Source: Bacteroidota bacterium (lineage in GTDB: Bacteria > Bacteroidota > Ignavibacteria > UBA10030 > SZUA-254). From it: 64,000 bases of DNA. The stretch covers positions 22,721 to 86,720 of the forward strand of contig JBEKTW010000005.1 of NCBI GenBank assembly GCA_049515655.1, given 5' to 3'. Positions 18,293 to 28,609 of the stretch are shown here, piece by piece. The position numbers and the translations under genes were made by a program. Every line of letters starts with the position of its first letter. The stretch's first letter is position 1. The notes below the pieces were generated by a model that was given only the letters and a program-made list of their open reading frames with translations, was not told the origin of the DNA and did no database searches.

Positions 18293-18635
18293 GTACGTTG
18301 GTAGTTAGATAGTTGAATAGTTATGTAGCTATGTAGTAGTGAATAATGACCAATGATTAATGAACAATTACAACGAACTGACAACTAAGAACCAAAAGCC
18401 AACAGCTAAAGGCTAGAAGCCAGAAGTCAGAATCCAGAAGCAAGAAGCCAAGAGCTAATGGCCAACAGCTAAAAGCTAATAGCTCAAGGCCATAACCAGG
18501 AACAAATGACAAAGAACCAATAACTAATAAGCTAAAAGCTAAAGGCCAACAGCTAATGGCTAAAGGCTCGATGCCAGAACCAACGACGAATGACCAATGA
18601 CAAATGACTAATGACCAACAACCAACAATCAGGCA
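18293..18635 (+). repeat. copy 2 of the purine-rich intergenic repeat family, running from the stop codon to the start codon
   Basis: See copy 1. It ends ...caaccaacaatcaggcaATGacc, where the ATG is the start codon of the next gene at 18636. Confidence 0.8.
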
Positions 18636-19418
18636 ATGACCTATTCGACCTTACTCGTGAAAGTCACCGACCGTATCGCAGTTGTGACTGTCAACCGTCC
18701 CGACAAGCTGAACGCCCTGAACGCCCAGTGCAAGAACGAGCTCAGGGACCTCTTCATGTCGCTCAAGACCAATCACGACGTTGATGCGGTCATCCTGACA
18801 GGCGCCGGCGAGAAGTCGTTTGTCGCGGGAACCGACATCAGCGAATTGGCAACTCTCAATGCCGAAACCGGGAAAGAGTTTGCCAGCGGAGGGCAATCCC
18901 TCTTCGACCTCATCCAGCATCTTGGAAAACCGGTCATCGCCGCCGTGAACGGCTACGCCCTGGGCGGCGGCTGCGAGCTCGCGCTGGCTTGTCATATGAG
19001 AATCGCATCGGAGAACGCGAAGTTCGGCCAGCCGGAGGTGAGTCTTGGGATCATCCCGGGCTACGGGGGAACGCAGCGGCTTTCGCGGCTTGTCGGTTCC
19101 GGCAAGGCGGCGGAGTTGATTCTCACAGGAAACCAAATCGATGCTCAGGAAGCCCTGCGCATCGGACTAGTCAACAGAGTTGTTCCGCAAAAAGAATTGC
19201 TCGCGGCGGCCGAAGCCATCGCACGGACAATCACGAGCAAAGGTCAGATCGCAATTCGTATCGCGCTGAAAGCCATCAACGCGAGCATGGAAATGCCGCT
19301 CAGCGAGGGCCTGAAGGTCGAAGCTTCACTTTTCGGCGACTGCTGCAGCACGCAAGACGCCAAAGAGGGTGTGAAAGCCTTCCTTGAAAAACGAAAGCCG
19401 GAGTTTAAAGGGAAATGA
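18636..19418 (+). CDS. enoyl-CoA hydratase/isomerase (crotonase family)
   Basis: AAVNGYALGGGCELALACHMRIAS is the crotonase oxyanion-hole motif. 260 aa. Confidence 0.85.
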   Translation: MTYSTLLVKVTDRIAVVTVNRPDKLNALNAQCKNELRDLFMSLKTNHDVDAVILTGAGEKSFVAGTDISELATLNAETGKEFASGGQSLFDLIQHLGKPVIAAVNGYALGGGCELALACHMRIASENAKFGQPEVSLGIIPGYGGTQRLSRLVGSGKAAELILTGNQIDAQEALRIGLVNRVVPQKELLAAAEAIARTITSKGQIAIRIALKAINASMEMPLSEGLKVEASLFGDCCSTQDAKEGVKAFLEKRKPEFKGK

Positions 19419-19455
19419 GTCCCCCCTTCCCTGATTCTCCTTTCGAGAGGTTTCG

Positions 19456-20046
19456 TTGTCAATTGGACGGCGGCACATCCCGTATCCCCGGAGGATGCCA
19501 GATCGTACAGATTTCCCGATGACGATGACTCGGGGAAGCCCCGGGACGATGGGAGACACGATAATGCCGAGAAACTTTGAAAAAGCCATAATTTTCCGTT
19601 TATTGCTTGCGGCGGCGCTCGGGTGCGCGGCGCTGGTTTTGTATCTCCTGAGCATGCCGAATCCCGAGCGCACACCCGAACAACTGCGGCAAGAATTTTT
19701 CACATCCCTGCAGGCGATTGACCATGACGTCGATTCGGTGCTTTCCCGGTTCGGCATTGAACAGGCATGGGTGCGCAAACGACAGATCGCTGTCCGGGGA
19801 CAGGACTTCGTTCGCACGGAGCGACGCGTCGCGATCCCGCCGGCTGTTGTCCCCGCGATCATGAATGTCGCGTTCAACTCGATGGCGCATCGATTCGGCG
19901 GGCGGGCCGTGGCAACGGAAAACATTAAGGAGAACTTCGTTACCATTCACATTGAACTGCAGAAGGTAATCGTCCAGACGATCATTCTGAAAACAAGTCT
20001 GAACTTGAAAAAAATCGATCAAAAAAATACACACGTGAATTTGTAG
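19456..20046 (+). CDS. hypothetical membrane-anchored protein (real start possibly at 19564)
   Basis: A hydrophobic segment LLLAAALGCAALVLYLL follows an internal Met. No family was recognised. Confidence 0.35.
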   Translation: MSIGRRHIPYPRRMPDRTDFPMTMTRGSPGTMGDTIMPRNFEKAIIFRLLLAAALGCAALVLYLLSMPNPERTPEQLRQEFFTSLQAIDHDVDSVLSRFGIEQAWVRKRQIAVRGQDFVRTERRVAIPPAVVPAIMNVAFNSMAHRFGGRAVATENIKENFVTIHIELQKVIVQTIILKTSLNLKKIDQKNTHVNL

Positions 20047-20048
20047 AC

Positions 20049-21530
20049 ATGGCAAAAACCAGCAATACGACGCCGGTATCACAGCTCATGGAGAAGCTCG
20101 TCTCCCTCGCGAAGCGGAGGGGATTCGTTTACCAATCCAGCGAAATCTACGGCGGACTCAACGGCGCGTGGGATTACGGTCCACTCGGCGTCGAGCTTCT
20201 GCGCAACATCAAGGATGCCTGGTGGAAAGCGATGACGTACCGGGAAGACATCGAGGGCATCGATGCCGCGATCCTCATGCATCCGCGTGTATGGGAAGCT
20301 TCGGGACACGTCGAAAATTTCACCGACCCGATGGTGGACTGCAAACAATGCAAAGCGAGATACCGGCTGGACATTCTCTTTGAAGAGCTGTCGATCAAGA
20401 AGCAAAAGGACGTCCTCCGGGAGCTCGAGCCGGCGAAATTTCAGGGTCAACTGCAGGATGAATTCGTTGTCACAGAATTCCAGAAGATCGCGGAGGCATC
20501 TCAAGGCTCTGTCCTCAAGGCTCTCAGTTGTCCCACCTGCGGCAACAAGGGCACATTCACGGAAGCACGTAAATTCAACCTCATGTTTAAAACCTTCATC
20601 GGTCCTGTAGAAGACACGAGCGCAGCAGTTTACCTGCGACCTGAAACTGCTCAAGGAATTTACGTAAACTTTCTGAACGTGCAGGCCGCGTCACGGCAGA
20701 AGCTGCCCTTTGGCATAGCCCAGATCGGGAAGGCATTCCGGAACGAAATCAACACAAAGAATTTTCTCTTCCGCACGCGCGAGTTCGAGCAGATGGAGAT
20801 GCAGTTTTTCGTTAAGCCAGGAACGGACGTCACCTGGTTCGAATACTGGCGCGAACAGCGCTGGAAATGGTTCGTGTCGATCGGTATGCGGGAGGCGAAA
20901 CTCCGCTGGCACCGGCACGAGCCGGGGAAGCTCGCTCACTACGCGAAGGACGCGTACGACATCGAATACGAATTCCCCTTCGGCTGGGGCGAAATCGAGG
21001 GAGTCCACAACCGCACCGACTACGACCTCTCGCGTCACGAGCAATTCTCCGGAAAAAGTCTCAAGTACTTCGACGAGGAGACGAAAGAGAAGTACACACC
21101 TTTCATCATCGAAACCTCCGCCGGAGCGAGCCGATCCTTCATGGCGGTTCTGGTCGACGCATACAACGAGGAAGAAGCTCCCACTGCCGACGGCAAAATG
21201 GAAGCACGAACCGTGCTGAAATTTCAACCGCAGCTCGCACCCATCAAGGCAGCCATTTTCCCGCTGGTCAATCGCGACGGCATGCCGGAGATTGCCAGGA
21301 ACATCGAACGGGACCTGCGTCCCCATCTCCATGTCTTCTACGACGACAGCGGGGCGGTCGGGCGCCGTTACCGCAGACAGGATGAAATCGGAACACCTTT
21401 TTGCGTGACGGTCGACTCACAAACATTGCAGGATCAAAGCGTGACCGTTCGCGAGCGAGACACCATGGTTCAGGAGCGGGTGAACTCAACCCAACTGCTG
21501 GGGCTTCTAACCAAGAAGCTTCAGTCCTAG
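20049..21530 (+). CDS. glyQS: glycine--tRNA ligase (dimeric alpha2 type)
   Basis: 493 aa with YGGLNGAWDYGPLGVELLRNIKDAWW and class II aaRS motifs. Confidence 0.9.
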   Translation: MAKTSNTTPVSQLMEKLVSLAKRRGFVYQSSEIYGGLNGAWDYGPLGVELLRNIKDAWWKAMTYREDIEGIDAAILMHPRVWEASGHVENFTDPMVDCKQCKARYRLDILFEELSIKKQKDVLRELEPAKFQGQLQDEFVVTEFQKIAEASQGSVLKALSCPTCGNKGTFTEARKFNLMFKTFIGPVEDTSAAVYLRPETAQGIYVNFLNVQAASRQKLPFGIAQIGKAFRNEINTKNFLFRTREFEQMEMQFFVKPGTDVTWFEYWREQRWKWFVSIGMREAKLRWHRHEPGKLAHYAKDAYDIEYEFPFGWGEIEGVHNRTDYDLSRHEQFSGKSLKYFDEETKEKYTPFIIETSAGASRSFMAVLVDAYNEEEAPTADGKMEARTVLKFQPQLAPIKAAIFPLVNRDGMPEIARNIERDLRPHLHVFYDDSGAVGRRYRRQDEIGTPFCVTVDSQTLQDQSVTVRERDTMVQERVNSTQLLGLLTKKLQS

Positions 21531-21605
21531 CTCCTCTATCAGTTGTTGAAGAATAGACCTTTCGTGAAACGATCCGGAAATTGACCATAACGAAGGCGTG
21601 CACCC

Positions 21606-22772
21606 GTGAACATGGATTGGCGTAGAGCTACACTTCTTCTCTTCCTTCTTTTGGTTTTGAGGTCACTGGCTGGCGGGCAGTTGATTTCCGACCCGAAGCT
21701 CGACATCCACATCCAGAAGGGCATCGAGTACGTCTACAACCTCTCCTTCGACAGCGCGCAGGCGGAGTTCCAGACGGTTGTCGAGCTGAACCCCGACCAC
21801 CCCGCTGGCCATTTCTTCCTTGCGATGGTCGAATGGTGGAAGATTATGATGGACATAGAGAACGAATCGCGTGATGAAAAATTCTACTCCATGCTGGGGA
21901 AGGTCATTGACATCTGCGACAAACGACTCGACAAGGATGAGAATGATGTTGCGGCTCTGTTTTTCAAAGGGGGCGCCGCAGGATATCGTGGAAGGTTGCA
22001 CGCGAACCGCGACGAGTGGTTAAAGGCGGCGAACGACGGCCGGATCGCCCTCCCGATCGTCCAGAGAGCGTACCAGCTTGCTCCCGACAGTTACGACATT
22101 CTCCTCGGCATCGGCATTTATAATTATTACGCCGCCGTGATTCCCGAACAGTACCCCGTCGTCAAACCGCTCATGGTCTTCTTCCCGGGGGGCGACAAAC
22201 TCAAAGGCATCCATCAATTGCAGAAGGCATCGGAGAAAGCCACGTACGCAAACGTCGAAGCATCCTACTTTCTGCTCCAGCTTCTCTTCAACTACGAGAA
22301 AGACTATTTCCAGTCGCTGCCGATCGCAGAGCGACTCTACCGGCGATTTCCGAACAACGTTGTGTTTCACAGGTATCTCGGCCGCTGCCAGGCAGCGATC
22401 GGCCGGTGGGAGGAGATGCATCAAACGTTCTTCGATATTCTTGTGCGCGTCGGCCAAAAGAAACCCGGATACAACAGCGGTGTGGAGCGCGAGGCACATT
22501 ACTACCTTGGCATGTTTGAAATGACCTTTCACGATAATGACGCTGCCCTTCAGCACTTTTATCGCTGTGATGAGCTTTCGCGCACCCTCGACAAAACCGG
22601 ACCGTCCGGTTTCATGGTGATGGCAAATCTGAAAATCGGAATGATCTGCGACCTCCAGTCCAAACGGGACCTCGCTGTCGATCAATACAACAAGGTGCTG
22701 AAGATGACGGACTACCAGGATGCGCACAGCCAGGCGGAAAAGTATTTGAAAACTCCCTTCGGTAAGTTTTAG
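21606..22772 (+). CDS. hypothetical secreted helical-repeat (TPR-like) protein
   Basis: Signal peptide LLLFLLLVLRSLAG, followed by helical-repeat composition. Confidence 0.55.
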   Translation: MNMDWRRATLLLFLLLVLRSLAGGQLISDPKLDIHIQKGIEYVYNLSFDSAQAEFQTVVELNPDHPAGHFFLAMVEWWKIMMDIENESRDEKFYSMLGKVIDICDKRLDKDENDVAALFFKGGAAGYRGRLHANRDEWLKAANDGRIALPIVQRAYQLAPDSYDILLGIGIYNYYAAVIPEQYPVVKPLMVFFPGGDKLKGIHQLQKASEKATYANVEASYFLLQLLFNYEKDYFQSLPIAERLYRRFPNNVVFHRYLGRCQAAIGRWEEMHQTFFDILVRVGQKKPGYNSGVEREAHYYLGMFEMTFHDNDAALQHFYRCDELSRTLDKTGPSGFMVMANLKIGMICDLQSKRDLAVDQYNKVLKMTDYQDAHSQAEKYLKTPFGKF

Positions 22773-22783
22773 GCGCTCACGGC

Positions 22784-23533
22784 ATGTTTCGAATTATCAT
22801 TTTCGGATCGATCGCCGCGGGAGCGGAAATTCTTGGCGGAGCGCTTATCGCCTTCCGGAAAGAATGGCCCAAGAAAATCCAGGAATACCTTCTTGCCCTG
22901 AGCGCAGGGTTCATCCTCGCATTGGTCTTTCTCGAGCTCATTCCGGAAAGCCTGCGCTTTCTTGGAGGCGTCGCTTCCCTCTACATCATCATCGGCTTCG
23001 GCGTCCTGCATTTCTTCGAGCATACGATTGTCGGGCATCTCCACTTCGGCGAGGAAACCCACACGGACGTCATGCTCTCCCCGTTCGCAGGTCTCTCCGC
23101 CGTATCGGGTTTGGTTATTCATGCCTTCTTCGACGGATTTTCGATTTCCGCGGGCATGCAATTCAATTACCTTATCGGATTGTTGATATTCATCGCCATA
23201 ACGCTGCACAAGCTGCCGGAGGGCCTGACGATCGCATCCATCACGCTCGCCGCGAACCAGCCCCGGAAGAGAGCGTTCATTGCATCTCTCGTGACCGGCG
23301 CAGCGACCATGGCCGGAATCCTGGTGGTGTTCCTGATGTCGAGCATCGGCAAAGATGTTCTCGGAATTGCCTTCGCAATTTCGGCAGGGGCGGCAACCTA
23401 TGTCGGAGCAAGCGACCTCGTCCCGGAAATCAATCGATCGAAAAATCGCGTGGCGCCATTGGTTGTTTTCGGGGGAATGTTGTTGTTCTACATTAGCCAG
23501 CGTCTCCTCGCATCGATCCTCGGCGCGGCCTAG
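22784..23533 (+). CDS. zupT: ZIP-family metal transporter (ZupT-like)
   Basis: The ZIP signature HKLPEGLTIASITLA and several TM segments are present. Confidence 0.8.
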   Translation: MFRIIIFGSIAAGAEILGGALIAFRKEWPKKIQEYLLALSAGFILALVFLELIPESLRFLGGVASLYIIIGFGVLHFFEHTIVGHLHFGEETHTDVMLSPFAGLSAVSGLVIHAFFDGFSISAGMQFNYLIGLLIFIAITLHKLPEGLTIASITLAANQPRKRAFIASLVTGAATMAGILVVFLMSSIGKDVLGIAFAISAGAATYVGASDLVPEINRSKNRVAPLVVFGGMLLFYISQRLLASILGAA

Positions 23534-23764
23534 AGACAAGTCTTCGTCTATGTCCCGCGAGCTTCAGCTCGCCCAAAAGCCTGCACACCAGAATCCTCGG
23601 ACAACACCCGCGATGTTTCAGTGCATCCTGATTCGACTTTGAAAAAGGTTGGTTACATTTGAGGTTTCGTTCCCATGTGGAACCCCTCTGTAGGAGGCTG
23701 TCCCGAAAGTCCCAGCGTCTTGCTGACATTCTTCTGGTCAGCATCTAAACGCCGGCAGCGGAAT

Positions 23765-23835
23765 GCTCGGTTCAGATCCTGACCAAAAGCATCCTTCGAC
23801 TTCGCTCAGGACAGGTGTCAGGATGACGGCTTGGA
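23765..23835 (-). repeat. short palindromic intergenic repeat of the 'cctgagcgaagtcgaagga / gtcatcctgac' family
   Basis: ccttcgacttcgctcaggacaggtgtcaggatgac is the reverse complement of the core seen at 28510-28545. Confidence 0.6.
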
Positions 23836-23905
23836 TTACTTTCTGGGCAGCCTCGATGCTGGCAATGGAGAGGAAACGGTGTGCCCGTTCGGGAAGGAGT
23901 GAGTC

Positions 23906-24865
23906 CTAAAGTGACAGTGCGATGCTCACACGGTGCAGGTCGCCGATTTTCCCGTACGAGGTGTAGCCGTAATCGATGGTGTAGGTGTTGTTTGTGAATC
24001 CTATGCCGAGTGACAGGCCGGCAAAACCCGCACTCTGTCCGATCGTCAAATCCTGTCTGTTCTCGTTGTTGTAACCAAACCGAAGCTGCACATTCGGACT
24101 CGCCGTAAACTCCACGCCGACCGCAAATGCTTTGAGGCGGTTGCCAAAATTGTTCTGTTGTTCATTGAGTCCGTCAAAACTCACGAGAATCACCGCAGGC
24201 AGATGCTCGGGATAGATTGACGCGCCGATCTTGAGGTCGAGCGGGAGGTCTTCCCTGGTATTAATGTACGGGTTGAATTGCGTGCCGAGGTTGAGCAGGC
24301 TGGCACCGAGAATCAATCGTTGAGGAACCGCGCTGTACAGGAGACCAAAGTCGACAGCGGCACCGCTCGAGTTATAGTTGGCAATCGATGAATAAATGAA
24401 TTTTGCGTTCACACCGTAGTTGAATCCGGACTCTAGCTCGCCGGCGTAGCCCGCACTGAGGGCGAATTCGCCCGCCCCGAATGTTCCCAGGTTTTGTCCC
24501 TCCTCCCCCGTCTGTTGAAATTGTCCGTAGTTAATATACACAGCGCCGAACCCCACAAAACCCAGCTTGGGAATCTCCGTTCCGTAGCTCGCGTAGCCCG
24601 AGTTGATATCCATCAGATGTTTGAAGAATCCAAAGGATACGCGGTTCCCGGTGAGCGACGCCAGACCGGCTGGGTTGTAGAAAATCGAGTTCGGGTCGTC
24701 GATCATTGTTACAAAACTCCCCCCCAGGGCTGCCGCCCTCGCGCTAACATCGCTGCGAAGGAAATCATACGTGGTGGTGCCCCCGGCCCGGAGCACAACC
24801 GGGCACGTGCAAAGGGTCACGCCAATCACGGCAAGAGATAGGAGAATTCGCTTACGGTCAATCAT
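23906..24865 (-). CDS. outer-membrane beta-barrel-like protein (possibly associated with T9SS or OM transport)
   Basis: Signal peptide, FYNPAGLA motif, a beta-strand-rich Gly/Tyr/Asn composition and a C-terminal aromatic residue. The specific family is uncertain. Confidence 0.5.
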   Translation of the reverse strand: MIDRKRILLSLAVIGVTLCTCPVVLRAGGTTTYDFLRSDVSARAAALGGSFVTMIDDPNSIFYNPAGLASLTGNRVSFGFFKHLMDINSGYASYGTEIPKLGFVGFGAVYINYGQFQQTGEEGQNLGTFGAGEFALSAGYAGELESGFNYGVNAKFIYSSIANYNSSGAAVDFGLLYSAVPQRLILGASLLNLGTQFNPYINTREDLPLDLKIGASIYPEHLPAVILVSFDGLNEQQNNFGNRLKAFAVGVEFTASPNVQLRFGYNNENRQDLTIGQSAGFAGLSLGIGFTNNTYTIDYGYTSYGKIGDLHRVSIALSL

Positions 24866-24961
24866 TTTCGATGATGGTTAATCCAAGGCAATCTATGAAA
24901 ATATTCGCTGAGATTCAAGCAGCGGGTTCTTATAATCTCCATCTGGACGATATGAATTCGA

Positions 24962-25140
24962 AATCGAGACATCTGAAAAATCAAAGAGGCTTGTCATTCT
25001 GAGGATCCGCCTTTGGCGGAGACGAAGAATCTCGTTTTTTGCCTCATATTGAATAGTCAGATTCTTCGCGGAGTTTATCCTGAGCGCCAGCGAAGGACTC
25101 AGAATGACACTCTGAGTCATATTTTTCAGATGTTTCAAAT
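24962..25140 (+). mobile_element. MITE-like element with terminal inverted repeats gagacatctgaaaaa / tttttcagatgt(t)tc and inner 'gtcattctgag...ctcagaatgac' palindromes
   Basis: Terminal and nested inverted repeats are present. A related copy lies at about 50088-50290. Confidence 0.65.
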
Positions 25141-25213
25141 CAGGGATTGCCGGCTAGCCATTTGACTTTAGGAAGGAAAAGTCTTAGTATTATATGAGCT
25201 ACGAAACTTACTC

Positions 25214-28200
25214 ATGGAGGAAACGATGAGAAGAATTTTGTTGGTAGTCTTGACGGCAGCAACACTTGCCAGCGCTCAACAGCGCGTGCTTGTATCCTCG
25301 AACAACGAAGTCGTTCCCTTGAAGAACGGTGAAGGTGCACTCGAAGCCGTAAAACGATATACCCAACACAAGAAGTTATTTCACACCTCTCAGACCGGAT
25401 GCAGTGATACATCGTCATACGGCTTCTCTCCCAATAATTATCCGCCGATGGATTTATTATATGCCTATCACAAAGACATGTTGGCGGAATGGCTGATTGC
25501 CCCGGCGGACGGCATTATCGATTCAGTATATCTTCTCACGGGTTCTCCAGTTCCCCACGATTCCACATTGTACTTGCGAATAATGGAGTCTCGCATCTAT
25601 CCTGGAAGCGGACCGGGCTACGGCGAGTTCGCGCCAAATTTGCCCGGGGCGTGCAATGATTCAGTCGGACCTTGGGGATGCGACTTTTGCCCCCTCCCCT
25701 GGGGATACTTCACGAACACCAATGACCTGGATGGTCAGGAGAACAACCCACCAACGTGGGGTATCGGTGGAGTAGCTGCGTTCGTGGAGGATGCAACCCC
25801 TCCAGATTCAACGGCGTGGGTCTCAACCTTGCAAAGATCCTATCCGCATGCGCCGGTAACGTTTCCTCCAACGGTTGATGAAATCTGGGGAATTGGAGGA
25901 CATTCCGTCCGTATCAGGCCAAATAGCGTGAACGTCTTTAACTTGCATTCCCTTGGCGCACCCTCGCTGCACACAGGCCAGCCACTCATGATTGTACTTG
26001 AGATAAGGGGCTATTGCAATGAATGGTTGGATGATTGTGAGAATGATCCATATCGAACAGGTGTTGCAGCTAATGCTGCCTCTTTCGATTCGCACGTACA
26101 CTACCATACGCACTTTTGGAAGTTCTATGAGCACGGTCTCGCCTGTGGATTTCCGGGCTGGACGGACCGCGGGAGTTATGAACTTCTTCTTTGGTATTCG
26201 ATGACATTGACAGGCAATGTACCTCCACGAATTGTCGACATGACCACATTGCCAGCGACTCTGGGAGCGAAGGCACAGACGTTCGCCGCTGATATCGAAG
26301 ACTGCAATATTGCAGATCCTGCCAGTGCCGGTGTTGTGTCGGCAAGCCTTAGCTACTCTGTCGATAACGGACCTTACACAACCGTCCCTATGACTAATCA
26401 GGGCGGAATAACATGGCAAGCAACGATCCCACCGGTTCCTCCGACTAATGGTCGCCCTTATTCCCGGACAGTGAACTATTTCATCTCGGCAGCAGATTCT
26501 CAAGGGCTAACGATGGATACCATTTATCATAATTACAAAGTCCTGTCGTTCGGCGATGAATGGTATTATCCCGACACCACGATTGCATACAATCCGGTTG
26601 TCGTCAAAGGTAACGGCGGCATTGAAATAGATCCTTCGATCTTCTTCGAGCCGCCGTATCCTGGCGCCGGGACACATCCCAAAGACGACGGCACCGCGGG
26701 TCCGTTTGACCTCGGCGGACAGTTCATCTACTTCGGCGACACAGTGCGATACGCCTGGGTCGGCGTGAACGGCGGCATCGCACTTTCACGTTCACCAACA
26801 GACACGATCGACGTCAATGCAAATGGATCGTTCTCCAGTGGAATTCCATGGAATATCCCTTCTCCACAGCATAAAGGCCGCGCAGATATTGCCGGCGCAA
26901 CGAATAGTCCAAGAAATTTCATCGCACCGGACTGGCAGGACTTCATCCTGGCAGATTCAGCGCGACAGTACGGTCATATCTTATATCGGACAGATAGCTG
27001 CCGGTTCATTGTCGAATATGACTCGATAGGAATCGGGGGAATTACGCCCGCGGCGAGCAACACTACGTTCCGGGTGATTCTCAACCGATGCGACGGAACG
27101 ATCGAATTCCAGTACGACAGTGTCGGAGCATTCAATGCAAATTCCATGTGTGTGGTTGGACTCCAAGGCGATTCCCTCCTGGGACATAATCCCGGTTATC
27201 TACTGCTTTCCCGTTGGGCGTTTGCCGATTTCGGTCCAGTTGAATGGACTCCACGCAACAATCGCTCAGTGCGTTTGTATCCCACAGTTGGCGCGGCGGT
27301 AGCAGGCGGATGGAATTTGGTGTCCGTGCCGGTGATTCCCCCCGGAAATGACTACGACGTATCCTTTCTCTTCCCGGGAGCGATCTTATATCCATTCAGG
27401 TACTATGGCGGATACAAACGAGACAGCATACTTTCAAACGGCGTAGGATATTGGATGAAGTTCAGCAGAGGCAACGTCCTTGCAATGCCCGGACGCCTGC
27501 TGTACGCATTCGATGATAGTGTGAAGGTGGACTGGAACATGATCGGAGCGATCGGGAAATCTGTTGCGACGGGCGCTGTGGTTCAGGATCCGGCGAACCT
27601 TGTATCGTCTAATTACTTCGGTTACAACCACGGGTACTTTATCGCGACATCAATCGACCCGGGCAAGGGATATTGGGTGAAATCACGGGGGACGGGTGTG
27701 CTGCACCTGACAGCCAGCTCGATACCGAAGTCGTCTTCGGCACTTGCAGATCTGACGGTGCTCAACAGGATCACGGTGACCGACGCGGAAAAGAACCAGC
27801 AGCCGTTGTACGTTGGCAGTGAGAGCGACCTGAAGGTGCCGGCAAGCATGTATGAGATGCCTCCGGTAGCGCCGGGAGGGATATTCGATGTACGGTTCGC
27901 GTCGCAGCGGATGGTAGAGACGTATCCGGACAAGCTACAAGGCGGGAAAGTTTATGAGTTCCCGATCAGTATTCAGACGAATGCGTATCCTGTGACGGTT
28001 CAGTGGCAGATACAGAACACGAACGGTCGGACGCTGACGTTGACGGACGGGCTCAGCGGACGGATTGTGAACAACGCGGCGTTGACGAACAGCGGATCGA
28101 TCAAGATAATGAACCCGAGCGTGAAGTCGTTGGTGCTGAAGCTGGTGGAAGGCCGAACGGTGCCGAAAGAGTTCGCATTGAGTCAGAACTATCCTAATCC

Positions 28201-28453
28201 ATTCAATCCGACAACCAATTTCGAATTTCGGATTGCCAATTTCGGATTTGTTTCGCTCAAGGTGTATGACGTGCTGGGCAGAGAGGTATGCACGCTGGTG
28301 AATGAGGCCAAGCAGCCGGGCGAGTATACCGTGGAGTGGAATGCGGAAGGCATAGCGAGCGGCGTATATTTCTACCGTCTCACTGCTGGCAATCCTTCGG
28401 CAAGCTCAGGACGCGGATTCACAGACGTCAAGAAGATATTGCTCTTGAAGTGA
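25214..28453 (+). CDS. large secreted protein with a T9SS C-terminal sorting domain (paralog A)
   Basis: The C-terminus LSQNYPNPFNPTT...KVYDVLGREV...GVYFYRL is a Por_Secre_tail-type CTD, and there is an N-terminal signal peptide. The start may be the second ATG (MRRILL), which is preceded by GGAGGA. Confidence 0.85.
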   Translation: MEETMRRILLVVLTAATLASAQQRVLVSSNNEVVPLKNGEGALEAVKRYTQHKKLFHTSQTGCSDTSSYGFSPNNYPPMDLLYAYHKDMLAEWLIAPADGIIDSVYLLTGSPVPHDSTLYLRIMESRIYPGSGPGYGEFAPNLPGACNDSVGPWGCDFCPLPWGYFTNTNDLDGQENNPPTWGIGGVAAFVEDATPPDSTAWVSTLQRSYPHAPVTFPPTVDEIWGIGGHSVRIRPNSVNVFNLHSLGAPSLHTGQPLMIVLEIRGYCNEWLDDCENDPYRTGVAANAASFDSHVHYHTHFWKFYEHGLACGFPGWTDRGSYELLLWYSMTLTGNVPPRIVDMTTLPATLGAKAQTFAADIEDCNIADPASAGVVSASLSYSVDNGPYTTVPMTNQGGITWQATIPPVPPTNGRPYSRTVNYFISAADSQGLTMDTIYHNYKVLSFGDEWYYPDTTIAYNPVVVKGNGGIEIDPSIFFEPPYPGAGTHPKDDGTAGPFDLGGQFIYFGDTVRYAWVGVNGGIALSRSPTDTIDVNANGSFSSGIPWNIPSPQHKGRADIAGATNSPRNFIAPDWQDFILADSARQYGHILYRTDSCRFIVEYDSIGIGGITPAASNTTFRVILNRCDGTIEFQYDSVGAFNANSMCVVGLQGDSLLGHNPGYLLLSRWAFADFGPVEWTPRNNRSVRLYPTVGAAVAGGWNLVSVPVIPPGNDYDVSFLFPGAILYPFRYYGGYKRDSILSNGVGYWMKFSRGNVLAMPGRLLYAFDDSVKVDWNMIGAIGKSVATGAVVQDPANLVSSNYFGYNHGYFIATSIDPGKGYWVKSRGTGVLHLTASSIPKSSSALADLTVLNRITVTDAEKNQQPLYVGSESDLKVPASMYEMPPVAPGGIFDVRFASQRMVETYPDKLQGGKVYEFPISIQTNAYPVTVQWQIQNTNGRTLTLTDGLSGRIVNNAALTNSGSIKIMNPSVKSLVLKLVEGRTVPKEFALSQNYPNPFNPTTNFEFRIANFGFVSLKVYDVLGREVCTLVNEAKQPGEYTVEWNAEGIASGVYFYRLTAGNPSASSGRGFTDVKKILLLK

Positions 28454-28494
28454 GTCGCGGACCTCATGCAGTTCGTGGAATTGAATCTTTCGGC

Positions 28495-28590
28495 TGTTTA
28501 CCCTGACCCCTTTCCCCTCTCCCGAACCTGTCCTGAGCGAAGTCGAAGGAGCGGGAGAGGGGAATCGAAGGGGTGAGGGTTGTGATTGTG
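28495..28590 (+). repeat. palindromic intergenic repeat (cccctttcccctctcccg ... tgtcctgagcgaagtcgaagga ... cgggagaggggaa)
   Basis: The inverted arms flank the same core found at 23775-23800. Confidence 0.6.
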
Positions 28591-28609
28591 ATCAACTGGT
28601 AACTACCTG

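Noticed and set aside
25214-25225. A start codon of MEETMRR... versus MRRILL... for both T9SS paralogs
   Set aside because: Both starts are possible. The second ATG is preceded by GGAGGA at SD-like spacing. The first was kept in the coordinates because it is the longest ORF, so the start assignment is uncertain. This does not affect interpretation.
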